NCBI GenBank assembly: GCA_963798915.1
Contig: CAWCVB010000001.1
Coordinates: 1 to 64,000, forward strand
Direction of reading: 5' to 3'
Length of the DNA stretch: 64,000 nt
Source of the DNA: an uncultured Gemmatimonadales bacterium
GTDB taxonomy: Bacteria; Gemmatimonadota; Gemmatimonadetes; Gemmatimonadales; GWC2-71-9
Shown: one piece after another, positions 31,981-43,228 of the stretch
Position numbering within the stretch: the stretch's first letter is position 1
Layout of the letters: each line of letters starts with the position of its first letter
Position numbers and translations under genes: made by a program
Notes under the pieces: generated by a model
What the model was told of the DNA's origin: nothing
The model's database searches: none
The model's input: the letters and a program-made list of their open reading frames with translations, nothing else

Positions 31981-31984
<4 letters not shown>
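30677..31984 (+). CDS. TolC family outer-membrane efflux protein
   Basis: Signal peptide; [29 protein letters not shown]. Confidence 0.88.
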
Positions 31985-32732
<748 letters not shown>

Positions 32733-32733
<1 letters not shown>

Positions 32734-34256
32734 TGTCCAAGCGTACTGTTGTCATGAGCCTGCTGGCCCTCATCGTCCTCGCGGGCTGCAAGAAGAAGAA
32801 GGAACAGGTCGCCTACCAGGCCGTGTCCGTCGAGCGGCGCGACATTGTGGTCTCCGCTCAGGCCGCGGGCACCGTGCAGCCCGACACCGTGGTGGAAGTC
32901 AAGTCCAAGGCGTCCGGCGAGATCCTGAATATTCACGTGCAGACCGGGCAGGAAGTGAAGCGCGGCGATCTCATGGTCGAGGTCGATCAGCGCGTACCCC
33001 GGAATAACCTGGCGCAGGCCCAGGCCGAGCTCGAAGTGGCCAAGGCCCAGCTGACCAATGCGGAATCCAAGAAGCGCCGTGCTGACGAGCTCTACGGCTC
33101 GAAATCGATCACGCAGGAAGAGCATGAGCAGGCCTCGCTGGACTACGCCAGCGCCAAGTCTGCCGTGATCCGGGCGCAGGTCTCGGTGGAGACCGCGCGT
33201 GACCAGCTGGACGACACCAAGGTGCTGGCGCCGACCAAGGGCACCATCATTTCCCTGGCTGTCTCACGCGGCGCCGTCATCAGTTCGCCCACCAGTGCGG
33301 TGGGCGAGGGCACGGTCCTGCTGACGATGGCGGACCTTGACCTGGTGCAGGTGAAGACGCTGGTGGATGAGACCGACATCGGGAAGATCCAGCCGGGCCT
33401 CCGCGCTACCGTGACGGTGGACGCGTACCCCAACCGGCCCTTCGAAGGCCAGGTGCTCAAGATCGAGCCCCAGGCCGAGGTGCAGCAGAACGTGACCATG
33501 TTCCCGGTGCTGATCCGGATCCAGAATCAGGAGAAGCTGCTCAAGCCGGGCATGAACAGCGAAGTCGAAATCCACATCGGCCGTCGCGACAGCGTCCTGG
33601 CCATCCCGAACGCGGCGTTGCGGACCCAGCGGGACGTCGCCTCCGCGGCGCAGGTCCTCGGGCTCAATCCGGAGACGGTGCAGAAGCAACTGGCTGAGCA
33701 GCCGGCCACGCCCCAGGGTGATTCTGGCAACGGCCGCACGTCGCTCGGAGCTACTGCACCGGGCGCGGACAGCGCGGCCAAGGGCGGCAACACCATGACC
33801 TTGCCGAATGGCAGGACGGTTGCCCTCCCCGAGGGCGTCACCGAGGCGCAGATCAAGGCCATCATGGAGAAGCGCATGAAGGGCGAGCAGCCCAGTGCCG
33901 CCGAGCGCGCCATCCTGCAGAAGGCCTTCGCCGGGATGCGCGGCGGCAACGGAGCCAATCGGCCGCGCTCAAATGACACCGCCCTGTTCGGCGGCCAGTA
34001 CATCGTTTTTGTCAAACGCGGCACCGACATCAAGCCGGTCCGGATCACCACTGGCCTGACCGACCTCGACTACAGTGAAGTGACCGGTGGGCTTGAGCCC
34101 ACCGACTCGGTGCTGCTGCTGCCGAGCACGAGCCTGATCCAGTCGCAGCAGGAGTTCCAGCAGCGGGTGAACCAGATGACCGGGGGCGGCGCCGTGCCGG
34201 GCATGCGATCCAACACGACCACTGGCGGCGGTGCGCAGGCCGGCGCCAGGAGGTAG
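32733..34256 (+). CDS. MacA-type periplasmic adaptor subunit (lipoprotein)
   Basis: LAGC lipobox; VKSKASG, VDETDIGKI, LKPGM, IPNAAL. Confidence 0.9.
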
Positions 34257-34258
34257 GC

Positions 34259-35470
34259 ATGCTGATCAACGAGACTGTCGCTGTCGCGCTCCAGTCCATC
34301 CGGGCCAACAAGCTCCGCGCCTCGCTCACGATGCTCGGCATCGTGATCGGGGTCGGCGCGGTCATCACCATGGTGGCACTGGGCAGCGGCGCGCAGAAGG
34401 CGGTGAACGATCGCATCGCGTCGCTGGGGGCCAATACGTTCTCGGTCTTTTCCGGCCAGCAGTTCCGCGGTGGCGTCGCCCAGAATACCCGCGTCAGCCT
34501 TACGACCGACGATTACCTCGCCGTGCGGCACAATGCCCACGACATCAAGGCGGTGGTGCCCGAGTTGCAGTCCGGCATGCAGGTGCAGTTCGGCAACCAC
34601 AACGTCAACACCGACATCGTCGGCACGACGGCCAACTATCCCAAAGTCAACAACTTTACCATCACGGCGGGCCGGTTCTTCTCCGATGGCGACGACGAAT
34701 CGCGCCAGCGATATGCCGTGCTGGGCGCGGACGTGCCGGACCAGATGGAAGCCAATGGCGCCGCCATGATCGGGCAGACGCTGCTGATCCGGGGTATTCC
34801 GTTCGAGATCGTTGGCATCATGAGCCGCAAGGGCTCGCAGGGCTTCAGTAATCCGGATGAGGACATCTATATCCCACTGGGCACGGCCCAATACCGAGTC
34901 TTCGGCACCGACCGGCTCCGGTCCATGTCCATTCAGGTGGCCGATGGCATTCCCATCGAACGAGGTATGGTCGACCTGGAACGGGTGCTGCGCGCCGAGC
35001 ACAAGATCCGGCCAGGTGAGGAGAACGACTTCCGGATCCGGAACCCGCAGGACATCCTGGCCACGCAGCAGGAGGCCACCCAGGTCTTCACCATGCTGCT
35101 CGCCAGCATCGCCGCGGTCAGCCTGCTGGTGGGTGGCATCGGCATCATGAATATCATGCTGGTCTCGGTAACGGAACGCACCCGGGAGATCGGCGTCCGC
35201 AAGGCGCTTGGCGCCACCCGTGGCAACATCATGCTGCAGTTCCTGATCGAGGCGCTGACGCTCTGCCTGCTGGGCGGCATTCTCGGCATCCTGCTGGGCA
35301 CTGGCGCCGCCATCATGCTGGCCCGGCTGGCGCACTGGAATACGCTGATCTCACCGACTGCCATTATCGTCGCCTTTGGATTCAGCGCCTTCATCGGGCT
35401 GTTCTTTGGACTCTGGCCCGCACGACGGGCGGCCAGCCTGGATCCGATCGTGGCGCTTAGATACGAATAG
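34259..35470 (+). CDS. MacB/FtsX-type ABC permease
   Basis: LTMLGIVIGV, VGGIGIMNIMLVSVTERTREIGVRKALGA, LDPIVALRYE. Confidence 0.93.
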   Translation: MLINETVAVALQSIRANKLRASLTMLGIVIGVGAVITMVALGSGAQKAVNDRIASLGANTFSVFSGQQFRGGVAQNTRVSLTTDDYLAVRHNAHDIKAVVPELQSGMQVQFGNHNVNTDIVGTTANYPKVNNFTITAGRFFSDGDDESRQRYAVLGADVPDQMEANGAAMIGQTLLIRGIPFEIVGIMSRKGSQGFSNPDEDIYIPLGTAQYRVFGTDRLRSMSIQVADGIPIERGMVDLERVLRAEHKIRPGEENDFRIRNPQDILATQQEATQVFTMLLASIAAVSLLVGGIGIMNIMLVSVTERTREIGVRKALGATRGNIMLQFLIEALTLCLLGGILGILLGTGAAIMLARLAHWNTLISPTAIIVAFGFSAFIGLFFGLWPARRAASLDPIVALRYE

Positions 35471-35559
35471 GCGGCGCGAGAGAATCAGATTTCTCGACAA
35501 GTGGTGCGAAGAGCCGCATAGTAGCGTGGCTGATAGATCCCTGCCACAGGAGCAAGGCC

Positions 35560-36747
35560 ATGCTGCCCCCCATCCTTCCGATGGCCGTTGTCCTGTGTTG
35601 CGGTGCCTGTGCCGCTTGTTCCACACCAAGCGATACTTCGTTGGTTTCGGCAAGCCGACCTGCTACGACCCGCGCTGTCGACGAGCCTTCGTCTCGACTC
35701 GACATTCAACAAGAGCGCCAGCTCCTGCGTGGCGCCGCCAAGGCCGTGGCCATATCGCTTCGCTCCCCGCAGAATCGGCGCCGCCTCGCCAACTTGATGG
35801 CAGAATCACAAGATGCCGACTGGAGTGTCGACCTCTTCCAATATCTTGCTGCTGCCGACCTGTTCATTGGCTCCGCTGGAGCGGCGGAACTTTCTTCCAT
35901 GGCCGACTTTGCCCTCACCATGCCAGTCTTGGAGCGCCGTGCCAATTGGGTGTCCCACGATGATCTCGGGGTTGTCGCGATGCTCTTCGATGGCGACTCC
36001 CTGATAGGCTACAACCTTGATGGCAGCCCATTACGAGGTCTGAATTACGACGGTCCGCCCGCAGTGCCAGTAATCGTGATGTCCCGCCGTCAAGCCGGAG
36101 CATATCCTGACGGACCTGGCTTAACTGTCGTTCCGTTCCAGCAATGCCAGCCGGAAAATGGCTGTGATGGAGGAGGCGGCGGCGGCACCGCTGGGGGTGG
36201 AGGCGGCGGCGGTACCGGCGGCGGCGACCCGCTACTCAGGCTCGCAAGCATCGAGATTACTGACGATAACGAAAGCTGGACCGCGGGACATCCTGAGTTC
36301 GAGATTTGGGCAATGGCCGTAGATTCGCTAGGTGAGCCCTTGCTCCGCTGGCGTGACACGGGTTTTCCCGAGTACCTGACCGTTCACGAGGCGGTGGCGG
36401 GGAGCTGCATAAGCGAAGCATGGCCAAGTGGGAGCACAAAATATTGGAATCTTGATGCGATCAACACCTTGACCAACTATGGTTCTACTGGTCCAATCGT
36501 GTTCATCGATACCAACCCACCCGCCTTGGCCCAATTCAGCTGGGCCGTTTGGGTAACTGAAAATGACGATATCTATCCATGCAGCTCCGCCAACGCTCTC
36601 GAAGTTCCTTCGATCGGGGATGTCGGTGGATTTCTCAGTAATGATGATGATCCAGTTGGACTGTTCACGATGGAAAATCCGATCAACGCAATGTCTCGCG
36701 CGAACGTGATGGACGTCCGAAGTATTTCACTCACGTATGCTCCATGA
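35560..36747 (+). CDS. Hypothetical exported/lipoprotein with poly-Gly linker (DUF3103-like motifs)
   Basis: 395-aa ORF with Cys-containing signal region; GGGGGGTAGGGGGGGTGGG; DDNESWTAGHPE and NDDD. Confidence 0.6.
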   Translation: MLPPILPMAVVLCCGACAACSTPSDTSLVSASRPATTRAVDEPSSRLDIQQERQLLRGAAKAVAISLRSPQNRRRLANLMAESQDADWSVDLFQYLAAADLFIGSAGAAELSSMADFALTMPVLERRANWVSHDDLGVVAMLFDGDSLIGYNLDGSPLRGLNYDGPPAVPVIVMSRRQAGAYPDGPGLTVVPFQQCQPENGCDGGGGGGTAGGGGGGGTGGGDPLLRLASIEITDDNESWTAGHPEFEIWAMAVDSLGEPLLRWRDTGFPEYLTVHEAVAGSCISEAWPSGSTKYWNLDAINTLTNYGSTGPIVFIDTNPPALAQFSWAVWVTENDDIYPCSSANALEVPSIGDVGGFLSNDDDPVGLFTMENPINAMSRANVMDVRSISLTYAP

Positions 36748-36765
36748 CATCCATAAAGCATTCAA

Positions 36766-37338
36766 ATGCGGGCTGAGCTCCGCTTTTGGGTATTGCTTCT
36801 GCCGATTGCTTTCGCCAGCCCGGCACTGGCTCAAGGCTTCGCCGGCGCCGACTTTTCGGTCGGCACCGGGAAAGTCCGTAGCCACTGCAGCAATTGTACG
36901 GGCATTCAGCCCAGTCCGTTCGCCGGGCTCTCACTGGCCGTCTCAGCTCGGCTCCGTATTGCTCACCACCTCCAAGTTGCTGCGATAGGCATGTCGAATC
37001 ATGGCGTCAAAGGGCAGGAGGCGAGGACGCTGAACTTTGCCGGTGCCTTCTTTGGGGCGGTGCCACCCGCCCTGGACCACCTATTGCTGTATGGAGGCGT
37101 CGGATATCAGTGGTACAAGCACGACTTCAAATCGATCTCAGCCCGCGAAGAAGCGGATAGCCCGGCGATGCTGGCAGGAGTGGAATATCAGATTCGCCTG
37201 CTCCGCCAGCTCGCAATAAGCCCATACCTGGATGTTGTCTTTGCCTTCCGCTCGCAGGCAACACTGAACGATCGGCCGTCAGTGTCCGTTGCACCCCGTC
37301 TGCTCCATGCAGGACTCCGATTAGGCGTTGCACCGTAG
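36766..37338 (+). CDS. Small outer-membrane beta-barrel-like protein
   Basis: Signal peptide ending ALA; amphipathic strands (YGGVGY, AGVEY, AGLRLG); CSNC. Confidence 0.55.
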   Translation: MRAELRFWVLLLPIAFASPALAQGFAGADFSVGTGKVRSHCSNCTGIQPSPFAGLSLAVSARLRIAHHLQVAAIGMSNHGVKGQEARTLNFAGAFFGAVPPALDHLLLYGGVGYQWYKHDFKSISAREEADSPAMLAGVEYQIRLLRQLAISPYLDVVFAFRSQATLNDRPSVSVAPRLLHAGLRLGVAP

Positions 37339-37410
37339 CTGGTAGTCGCTTGGCCGGCAATGGTACTTACGACGTAGGTTCTGCCCCGACGCGATGTTAT
37401 TTTGCCCGCC

Positions 37411-39678
37411 ATGCACGTTTCATATTTAGCACTCGCAATCATCCTGCAGGACACCACGTCGCCTTCGGCTCGCCCGAGGGAGACCGTGACCATTCCGCGT
37501 ATCGAAGCGTCGGCGGTCGTGGATGGCCGGCTGGATGAGCCGGTGTGGCAGCAGGCCGCCGAGCTCTCAAATTTCCATCAGTGGATGCCGGTGGACGGCC
37601 GGCCGGCCGAAGAGCGAACTGTGGTCCGGATGTGGTATGCGCCCGACGCCGTCTGGGTGGGGATCAGGGCCTACGATCGTCAGCCAGGCAGCGTCCATGC
37701 GACGGTGGCCGATCGTGACAACCTCGGCAACGACGACCAGGTCTCGATCTATCTCGACACCTTCGGCGACCGCCGCAGGGCCTACGTCTTTACCGTGAAC
37801 CCGCTGGGCCAGCAGCAGGATGGCGTCCGGAGCGAGGGCGGTAATCAGGCGGCCTCGCTCACCGGAGGCACCGATGACCTGAGCCCTGATTTCCTGTGGC
37901 AATCCAAGGGCATGCGCACCGACTCAGGGTACGTGGTCGAGCTTCGCATCCCCTTCAAGAGCCTTCGCTACCCCACCGCCGACCGCCAGGCCTGGGGCCT
38001 CAATGTGGTGCGCGAGACCCGGCGCACCGGCTACACCGATACCTGGACCAACGTGCGCCGGGCCAGCGCCAGCTTCCTGGCGCAGGGCGGCCTGATGACC
38101 GGCCTGCACGACATGAAGCGGGGCGTCGTCGTCGAGGCCCAACCGTTTGTCACCGCATCGGCCAATGGTGCGCGGACTCCAGCGGGCGACTTCGAGCGTG
38201 GCAAGATGGACGGGTCTGCCGGCATGAACGTCAAGCTCGGCTTCACCGCCATGACGCTCGACGCCACCTGGAACCCGGACTTCAGCCAGGTCGAAGCCGA
38301 CCAGGGCGTGGTGACGGTCAATGAGCGCTTCGCCATTTTTTTCGAGGAGCGCCGTCCCTTCTTCCTCGAGGGTATCGAACTCTTCTCGACGCCCAACCGG
38401 CTGGTCTATACCCGTGAGATTGTCGACCCGATCGCTGGCGCCAAGTTTACCGGCAAGTTCGGTCGCGTGGGCGTCGCCCATCTGACGGCCGTGGACGAAG
38501 CCGGCGACCGGAATGCCCTGTTCAACATCACCCGCATCCGCCGGGACCTGGGCGAGAACTCACTCGCCGGCGTCACCTACACCGACCGGGTGAGCGGCGA
38601 TGACTACAACCGGGTGCTGTCGGGCGACACGCGGATCGTCTTCGGCCGGATGTACTTTGCCCAGGCGCAGCTGGGCCAGGCATGGACCCGCGACAATGCC
38701 GGCAGCCGCACCGGGCAGATCTGGCAGGGACAGCTCGACCGGACCGGCCGGTCCTGGGGATTCAACTACCAGATCAACGGCCTGAGCGACGGTTTCGAGA
38801 CCCGATCCGGGTTCGTGAACCGGGTCGGCATCGTCAAGGGCCACATCATGAACCGGTTCTCGATTTACGGAAAGCCGGGAGCGTTGCTCGAGACTGCCAC
38901 GGTCTTCTTCGGCCCGGACCGCACCTGGGACTATGACACCTTCCTGAGCGACGGTCCCATCGAAGGGTCGGACGATGCCAACTTGAGCTTCCGGCTGCGG
39001 GGCGGCTGGCAGATCAACCCCAGACTCTCGCGCGCTTTCGTCCACTTCCTGCCCGAGGACTATGCCGGCTACCGTCTGGGTGGTGCGACAACCGACCCCT
39101 TCATGCCACGGCCGGAGCTGAACAACGCCTTTACCTCGTCGCTGCAGGTCTCGACGCCGACCTGGCGGTGGGGCGACGTCGAAGCCAACGTCCGGTACGG
39201 TGAAACAGCCATCTTCCCGGAAGCCGCCGAGGGACGGGAGCTGCGCGCCACGACAGGGGTGAGCCTCCGCCCGCAACGCTCGGTGCGGACCACTTTCGAC
39301 CTGACGTGGTCGCGCATCACCCGCGAACGGGACGCGAGCGAGTTCGCCCGAACCATCATTCCGCACGTCAAGCTCGAGTACCAGCCGACTCGCGCATTGT
39401 TCTTCCGCTTCATCGGGGAGTACCAATCGCAACGCCGATCGGCACTGAGGGATGAGGCCACCGGGAGGCCGCTGCTGATTGATGGACTGGCACAGCCGGC
39501 CACGCTCTCCAACACGTTCCGCATGGACTGGCTCGCCTCGTACGAGCCGAGCCCGGGCACGGTGCTCTTCCTTGGCTATGGCTCGACCATGGCCGACGAA
39601 GGCACGCTGAGCTTCCGGAATCTCACCCGGCAGACCGACGGCCTGTTCCTGAAGGCAGCGTATCGGCTACGGCGATAG
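37411..39678 (+). CDS. DUF5916 / CBM9-like outer-membrane protein
   Basis: VDGRLDEPVW, ELRIPFKSLRY, NPDFSQVEAD, ERRPFFLEG, KAAYRLRR. Confidence 0.85.
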   Translation: MHVSYLALAIILQDTTSPSARPRETVTIPRIEASAVVDGRLDEPVWQQAAELSNFHQWMPVDGRPAEERTVVRMWYAPDAVWVGIRAYDRQPGSVHATVADRDNLGNDDQVSIYLDTFGDRRRAYVFTVNPLGQQQDGVRSEGGNQAASLTGGTDDLSPDFLWQSKGMRTDSGYVVELRIPFKSLRYPTADRQAWGLNVVRETRRTGYTDTWTNVRRASASFLAQGGLMTGLHDMKRGVVVEAQPFVTASANGARTPAGDFERGKMDGSAGMNVKLGFTAMTLDATWNPDFSQVEADQGVVTVNERFAIFFEERRPFFLEGIELFSTPNRLVYTREIVDPIAGAKFTGKFGRVGVAHLTAVDEAGDRNALFNITRIRRDLGENSLAGVTYTDRVSGDDYNRVLSGDTRIVFGRMYFAQAQLGQAWTRDNAGSRTGQIWQGQLDRTGRSWGFNYQINGLSDGFETRSGFVNRVGIVKGHIMNRFSIYGKPGALLETATVFFGPDRTWDYDTFLSDGPIEGSDDANLSFRLRGGWQINPRLSRAFVHFLPEDYAGYRLGGATTDPFMPRPELNNAFTSSLQVSTPTWRWGDVEANVRYGETAIFPEAAEGRELRATTGVSLRPQRSVRTTFDLTWSRITRERDASEFARTIIPHVKLEYQPTRALFFRFIGEYQSQRRSALRDEATGRPLLIDGLAQPATLSNTFRMDWLASYEPSPGTVLFLGYGSTMADEGTLSFRNLTRQTDGLFLKAAYRLRR

Positions 39679-39794
39679 GGCAGGATGGGCAGGATGGGCA
39701 GGATGGGCAGGATGGGCAGGATGGGCAGGCCGAAGCTCGCCGGGCATCACCCGCCCATCTAGCCCATCCTGCCCATCCCGCCCATCTTCCGTCC
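39678..39794. repeat. (GGGCAGGAT)n inverted-repeat element
   Basis: Five full + one partial GGGCAGGAT from 39678; four degenerate GCCCATCYN units 39753-39788. Confidence 0.92.
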
Positions 39795-40472
39795 ATGCCC
39801 TTACACCCTGCCGGGACCAAGCGCCACCATGGGCTCGTGCGCCTCACGCACTGGCTCAACGCGGCCCTGCTGGCTGGCATGATCGCGAGCGGATTGCAGA
39901 TCTATCTCGCCTTTCCGCACATCGGGCAGAAGGGCCGGGTGTTCGATGTGCCCAACCCGTTCGACATGCAGCGATTTCCCGAGTGGGCGCGGCTGGGCGG
40001 CTGGCTGGGTGGCGGGCTCAACTGGCACTTTGCGCTGGCCTGGCCGTTCGTCCTTTGCGGACTGGCGTACATCCTGTTCCTGGGAATCAAGGGCGAGTGG
40101 CGCTCGCTCCTTTTCCGCCCCAGGGACACCGGCCCCGCCATTCAGATGCAGCTCTACTACATGCGGCTGCGCAAGGACGAGCCGCCCCAGGGCAAGCACA
40201 ACGCGCTCCAGAAGTTTGCCTATACCGCGATCCTGATCCTCGCCACCATCTCGGTACTCTCGGGATTCGCCATCTACAAGCCGATCCAATTGTCCTGGCT
40301 GGTGTCACTCTTTGGCGGCTACGAACTGGCGCGGTACTGGCATTTCGTCGCGGTCTGGCTGTTCGTCGCATTTACGATCGTCCATGTGCTGGCCGTTTTC
40401 CTCTCAGATCCAGCATCGCTCAGAGGCATGATTACGGGGTGGTACCGTGGGAGGCATGTGTCCAATGAGTGA
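39795..40472 (+). CDS. Cytochrome b/b6-type membrane subunit (YdhU-like)
   Basis: VRLTHWLNA, SGLQIY, WHFAL, KHNALQK, ARYWHF, IVHV. Confidence 0.85.
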   Translation: MPLHPAGTKRHHGLVRLTHWLNAALLAGMIASGLQIYLAFPHIGQKGRVFDVPNPFDMQRFPEWARLGGWLGGGLNWHFALAWPFVLCGLAYILFLGIKGEWRSLLFRPRDTGPAIQMQLYYMRLRKDEPPQGKHNALQKFAYTAILILATISVLSGFAIYKPIQLSWLVSLFGGYELARYWHFVAVWLFVAFTIVHVLAVFLSDPASLRGMITGWYRGRHVSNE

Positions 40473-41266
40473 TGAGGGACGAGGGACGGCGGTAGGAGTC
40501 AACGGTCGACCGTCGAGGTCGACCGTAGACCGTCTGACCGTCGCCACTTTGCGATCGCCGAGATTTTCTGCACCTCGCCTCTATCGCGGGGCCCGCGTCG
40601 CTGCTCGCCGCCTGCGGCTGGGATGGCGGGCCGCTGATTCAGCCGAAGCTCCGCAGTATCTCCCGCATCAATGACTGGGTGGGAGAGCACGTGCTGCAAA
40701 GCAACAGCCGACTGGCCCGCACCTACGCCGCTTCGGAACGAAGCGGCAGGATGCCCGCGTATCACGTCGCGCCCCGCATCCCTGAACTGGAGGAGCCGGC
40801 CCGGTGGTCGCTCCAGGTGGATGGACTGGTGCGGAAGCCGGGCGCGTTCACCATGGACATGCTGCAGGCCATGCCCCCGCTGTCCTACACGGTGAAGCAC
40901 CATTGCGTGGAGGGCTGGACCGCCGTCGCGTCGTGGGCCGGCGTTCCGTTCAGCACGCTGGCAGCGATGGTGGAGCCGATGCCGGACGCCCGCTTTGTGA
41001 AGTTCAGTGCGTTCGAGCTGGACTCGCACGGTACCCGTTACACCAACGGCTGGGACATGAAGAGTGCCATGCATCCCCAGACGATGCTCGCCTATGGCTT
41101 CAACGACCGCCCGCTCACGCCTGATCACGGAGCGCCTTTGCGGCTCTACGCGCCCATCAAGCTGGGCTACAAGCTGACCAAGTACCTCGACCGCATCACG
41201 TTCACCCGCGAGCGCCCGGGCGGCTACTGGGAAGACAAGGGTTACCCCTGGCTGGCGGGACTGTAG
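40465..41266 (+). CDS. Molybdopterin-dependent oxidoreductase (sulfite oxidase/MsrP-like), frameshift near 5' end
   Basis: DRRDFL Tat motif and LLAAC from 40553; HCVEGW, HPQTMLAY, HGAPLRL..KLGYKLTKYL, GGYWEDKGY; ATG 40465 is out of frame with the body. Confidence 0.8.
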
Positions 41267-41374
41267 GCAGGATGGGCAGGATGGGCAGGATGGGCAGGTC
41301 GGAGCCCGCTGGCGCGTCATTGCGAGGAGAGCAATCGGCCCATCTCGCCCATCTTGCCCATCCGAAGCCATATT
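41266..41374. repeat. (GGGCAGGAT)n inverted-repeat element with nested GTCATTGCGAG core
   Basis: About four units 41266-41298; GTCATTGCGAGGAGAGCAATC 41316-41336; GCCCATC units 41338-41362. Confidence 0.88.
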
Positions 41375-41379
41375 CAAGT

Positions 41380-42375
41380 ATGATCTCCTCTCTCATAATC
41401 GGCACCGGCATGGCGGTCCCCGACCGAGTCGTCACCAACGACGATCTCTCGGCAATCATGGACACCAGCGACCAGTGGATCCGCGAGCGCACCGGCATCG
41501 CCGAGCGGCGCTGGGTGAGAGAGGGAGAGACCGGCGTAGAGCTGGGCGCGGCGGCCAGCCGGGCAGCGCTGGCCGCCGCCGGCTTCGGCGCTGGTGATCT
41601 CGACGCCATCGTATACGCCACCTGTTCGCCCGATCACTTCGCCCCCGGCAACGGAGTGTTCCTGCAGCAGACGCTGGGCGCCGGCAACATCCCCGCGCTC
41701 GACGTGCGGGCCCAGTGCAGCGGATTCATCTACGCGCTGTCAGTGGCCGATGCCTGGATCAGGAGCGGCATGTACCGCACCGTGCTCGTGGTCGGCCAGG
41801 AGATTCAGAGCACTGGTCTCGATGTTTCGTCCGCCGGTCGCAACACGGCGGTCATCTTTGCTGACGGTGCCGGCGCAGCGGTTCTGACCGCCGCAGACGA
41901 GGCCAATCGCGGTGTTCTTGGCTTTGACCTCCACAGTGACGGCGCCAACGCCGAGAAGCTCTGGGTGGATGCTCCGGGGTCGATGTACCATCCTCGGGTC
42001 AGCACGGCGCAGCTGGAGCAGGGCCGGCACTTTCTCCAGATGGACGGTCGCGACGTGTTCCGGCACGCGGTGGTCCGCATGCCGGAATCGGTGATGAGCC
42101 TGCTGGACCGGCTCGGCCTTTCGCGGTCCGATATTGCGCTGCTGATTCCTCATCAGGCCAACCTCAGGATTTCCGAAGCCGTCCAGAAATCCCTCCACTT
42201 GGACGATTCGCAGGTGTACAACAACATCGACAGATATGGGAACACCACGGCCGCGACTATTCCCATCGCCCTTGACGAATGCGTGCGAGCAGGGCGGATT
42301 TCGCGGGGAGACCTGGTGGTGTTGACGGCCTTCGGATCGGGATTCATGTGGGGGAGTGCGGCGGTGAGGTGGTAG
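41380..42375 (+). CDS. fabH: 3-oxoacyl-ACP synthase III
   Basis: DTSDQWIRERTGIAERR, AQCSGF, FADGAGA, PHQANLRI, YGNT, AFGSGFMWG. Confidence 0.92.
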   Translation: MISSLIIGTGMAVPDRVVTNDDLSAIMDTSDQWIRERTGIAERRWVREGETGVELGAAASRAALAAAGFGAGDLDAIVYATCSPDHFAPGNGVFLQQTLGAGNIPALDVRAQCSGFIYALSVADAWIRSGMYRTVLVVGQEIQSTGLDVSSAGRNTAVIFADGAGAAVLTAADEANRGVLGFDLHSDGANAEKLWVDAPGSMYHPRVSTAQLEQGRHFLQMDGRDVFRHAVVRMPESVMSLLDRLGLSRSDIALLIPHQANLRISEAVQKSLHLDDSQVYNNIDRYGNTTAATIPIALDECVRAGRISRGDLVVLTAFGSGFMWGSAAVRW

Positions 42376-42427
42376 GCAGGATGGGCAGGATGGGCAGGAT
42401 GGGCAGGATGGGCAGGATGGGCAGGAT
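42375..42427 (+). repeat. (GGGCAGGAT)n tandem repeat
   Basis: One partial + five full units starting in the fabH TAG. Confidence 0.92.
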
Positions 42428-42559
42428 GGTCGAAGTTCGCCTTGTCGTCACCTCTGCGACCGTGGGGCTGACGGTTTCCATCCGCCCAGCGAGCCGCCGT
42501 GAAACCCACCGGCCTGTCGTTCCGTAGTGCAACACCGTGAGACTCGAACCCCAGATTGG

Positions 42560-42859
42560 ATGGACCCCATGCTAGGCACAATCCTCACTGCCGCCACGAT
42601 TGCCTTCGGCATATTCGGATTCGTCGTGAGCCGGAATTTCGTGCGCAATCGCCTTCGCTTCGTTGATGCGGTGCGCTCGCCCATTGCGCCGATGGCAGCC
42701 GGGATTCTGGCCTTCCTGGTGGCCTGGCCGCTCAGCATCCTGCCCTTCATCGGTATCTCGACCGCGGTCGTGTTCGGCTTTGCCTGCGCCTTTGGCACCG
42801 CCAGCGGCATCAAGGCGCTGCGCCGCGGCGACTATAACGAGCGGCAGATCCGGGCGTAG
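42560..42859 (+). CDS. Small membrane protein
   Basis: Three hydrophobic segments; FVRNRLRFVDAV. Confidence 0.65.
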   Translation: MDPMLGTILTAATIAFGIFGFVVSRNFVRNRLRFVDAVRSPIAPMAAGILAFLVAWPLSILPFIGISTAVVFGFACAFGTASGIKALRRGDYNERQIRA

Positions 42860-42916
42860 GGACGCCAAATTCCGTATGGGGCAGAGCCATGGCTCTGCCC
42901 ATGCTATCTTGGAGCC

Positions 42917-43159
42917 ATGGCAACGATCACATGCACGCGCTGCGGCCAGGAGCGCGACCAGATGGCCTTCCAACCCTTCCAGAACGACCTGGGCAAGCGG
43001 GCCTACCACGAAATCTGCGCCGTCTGCTGGGGCGAATGGCTCAAGCAGCAGCAGGCGCTGATCAATCACTACGGGCTCAACCTGCGGGAGGCGGAGGCGA
43101 AGAAGTTTCTGTTCGGGGAAATGGAGCAGTTTCTGTTCGGGCTGAAGGCTGAAAACTGA
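42917..43159 (+). CDS. yggX: Fe(II)-trafficking / oxidative damage protection protein
   Basis: PFQNDLGKR..IC..CWGEWLKQQQALINHYGLN..FLF. Confidence 0.85.
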   Translation: MATITCTRCGQERDQMAFQPFQNDLGKRAYHEICAVCWGEWLKQQQALINHYGLNLREAEAKKFLFGEMEQFLFGLKAEN

Positions 43160-43228
43160 AGGCTGAAGACAGGTCGTCAGTCGTCAGTCTTCGGGCAACC
43201 GAAGTCTGATGGCCGATGACCCCATGTT

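Noticed and set aside
41272..41379. MGRMGRM N-terminal extension of FabH (similar extensions on VIT1 and PrfC)
   Set aside because: Translation of the intergenic repeat; family homology starts at downstream ATGs with -10-like boxes
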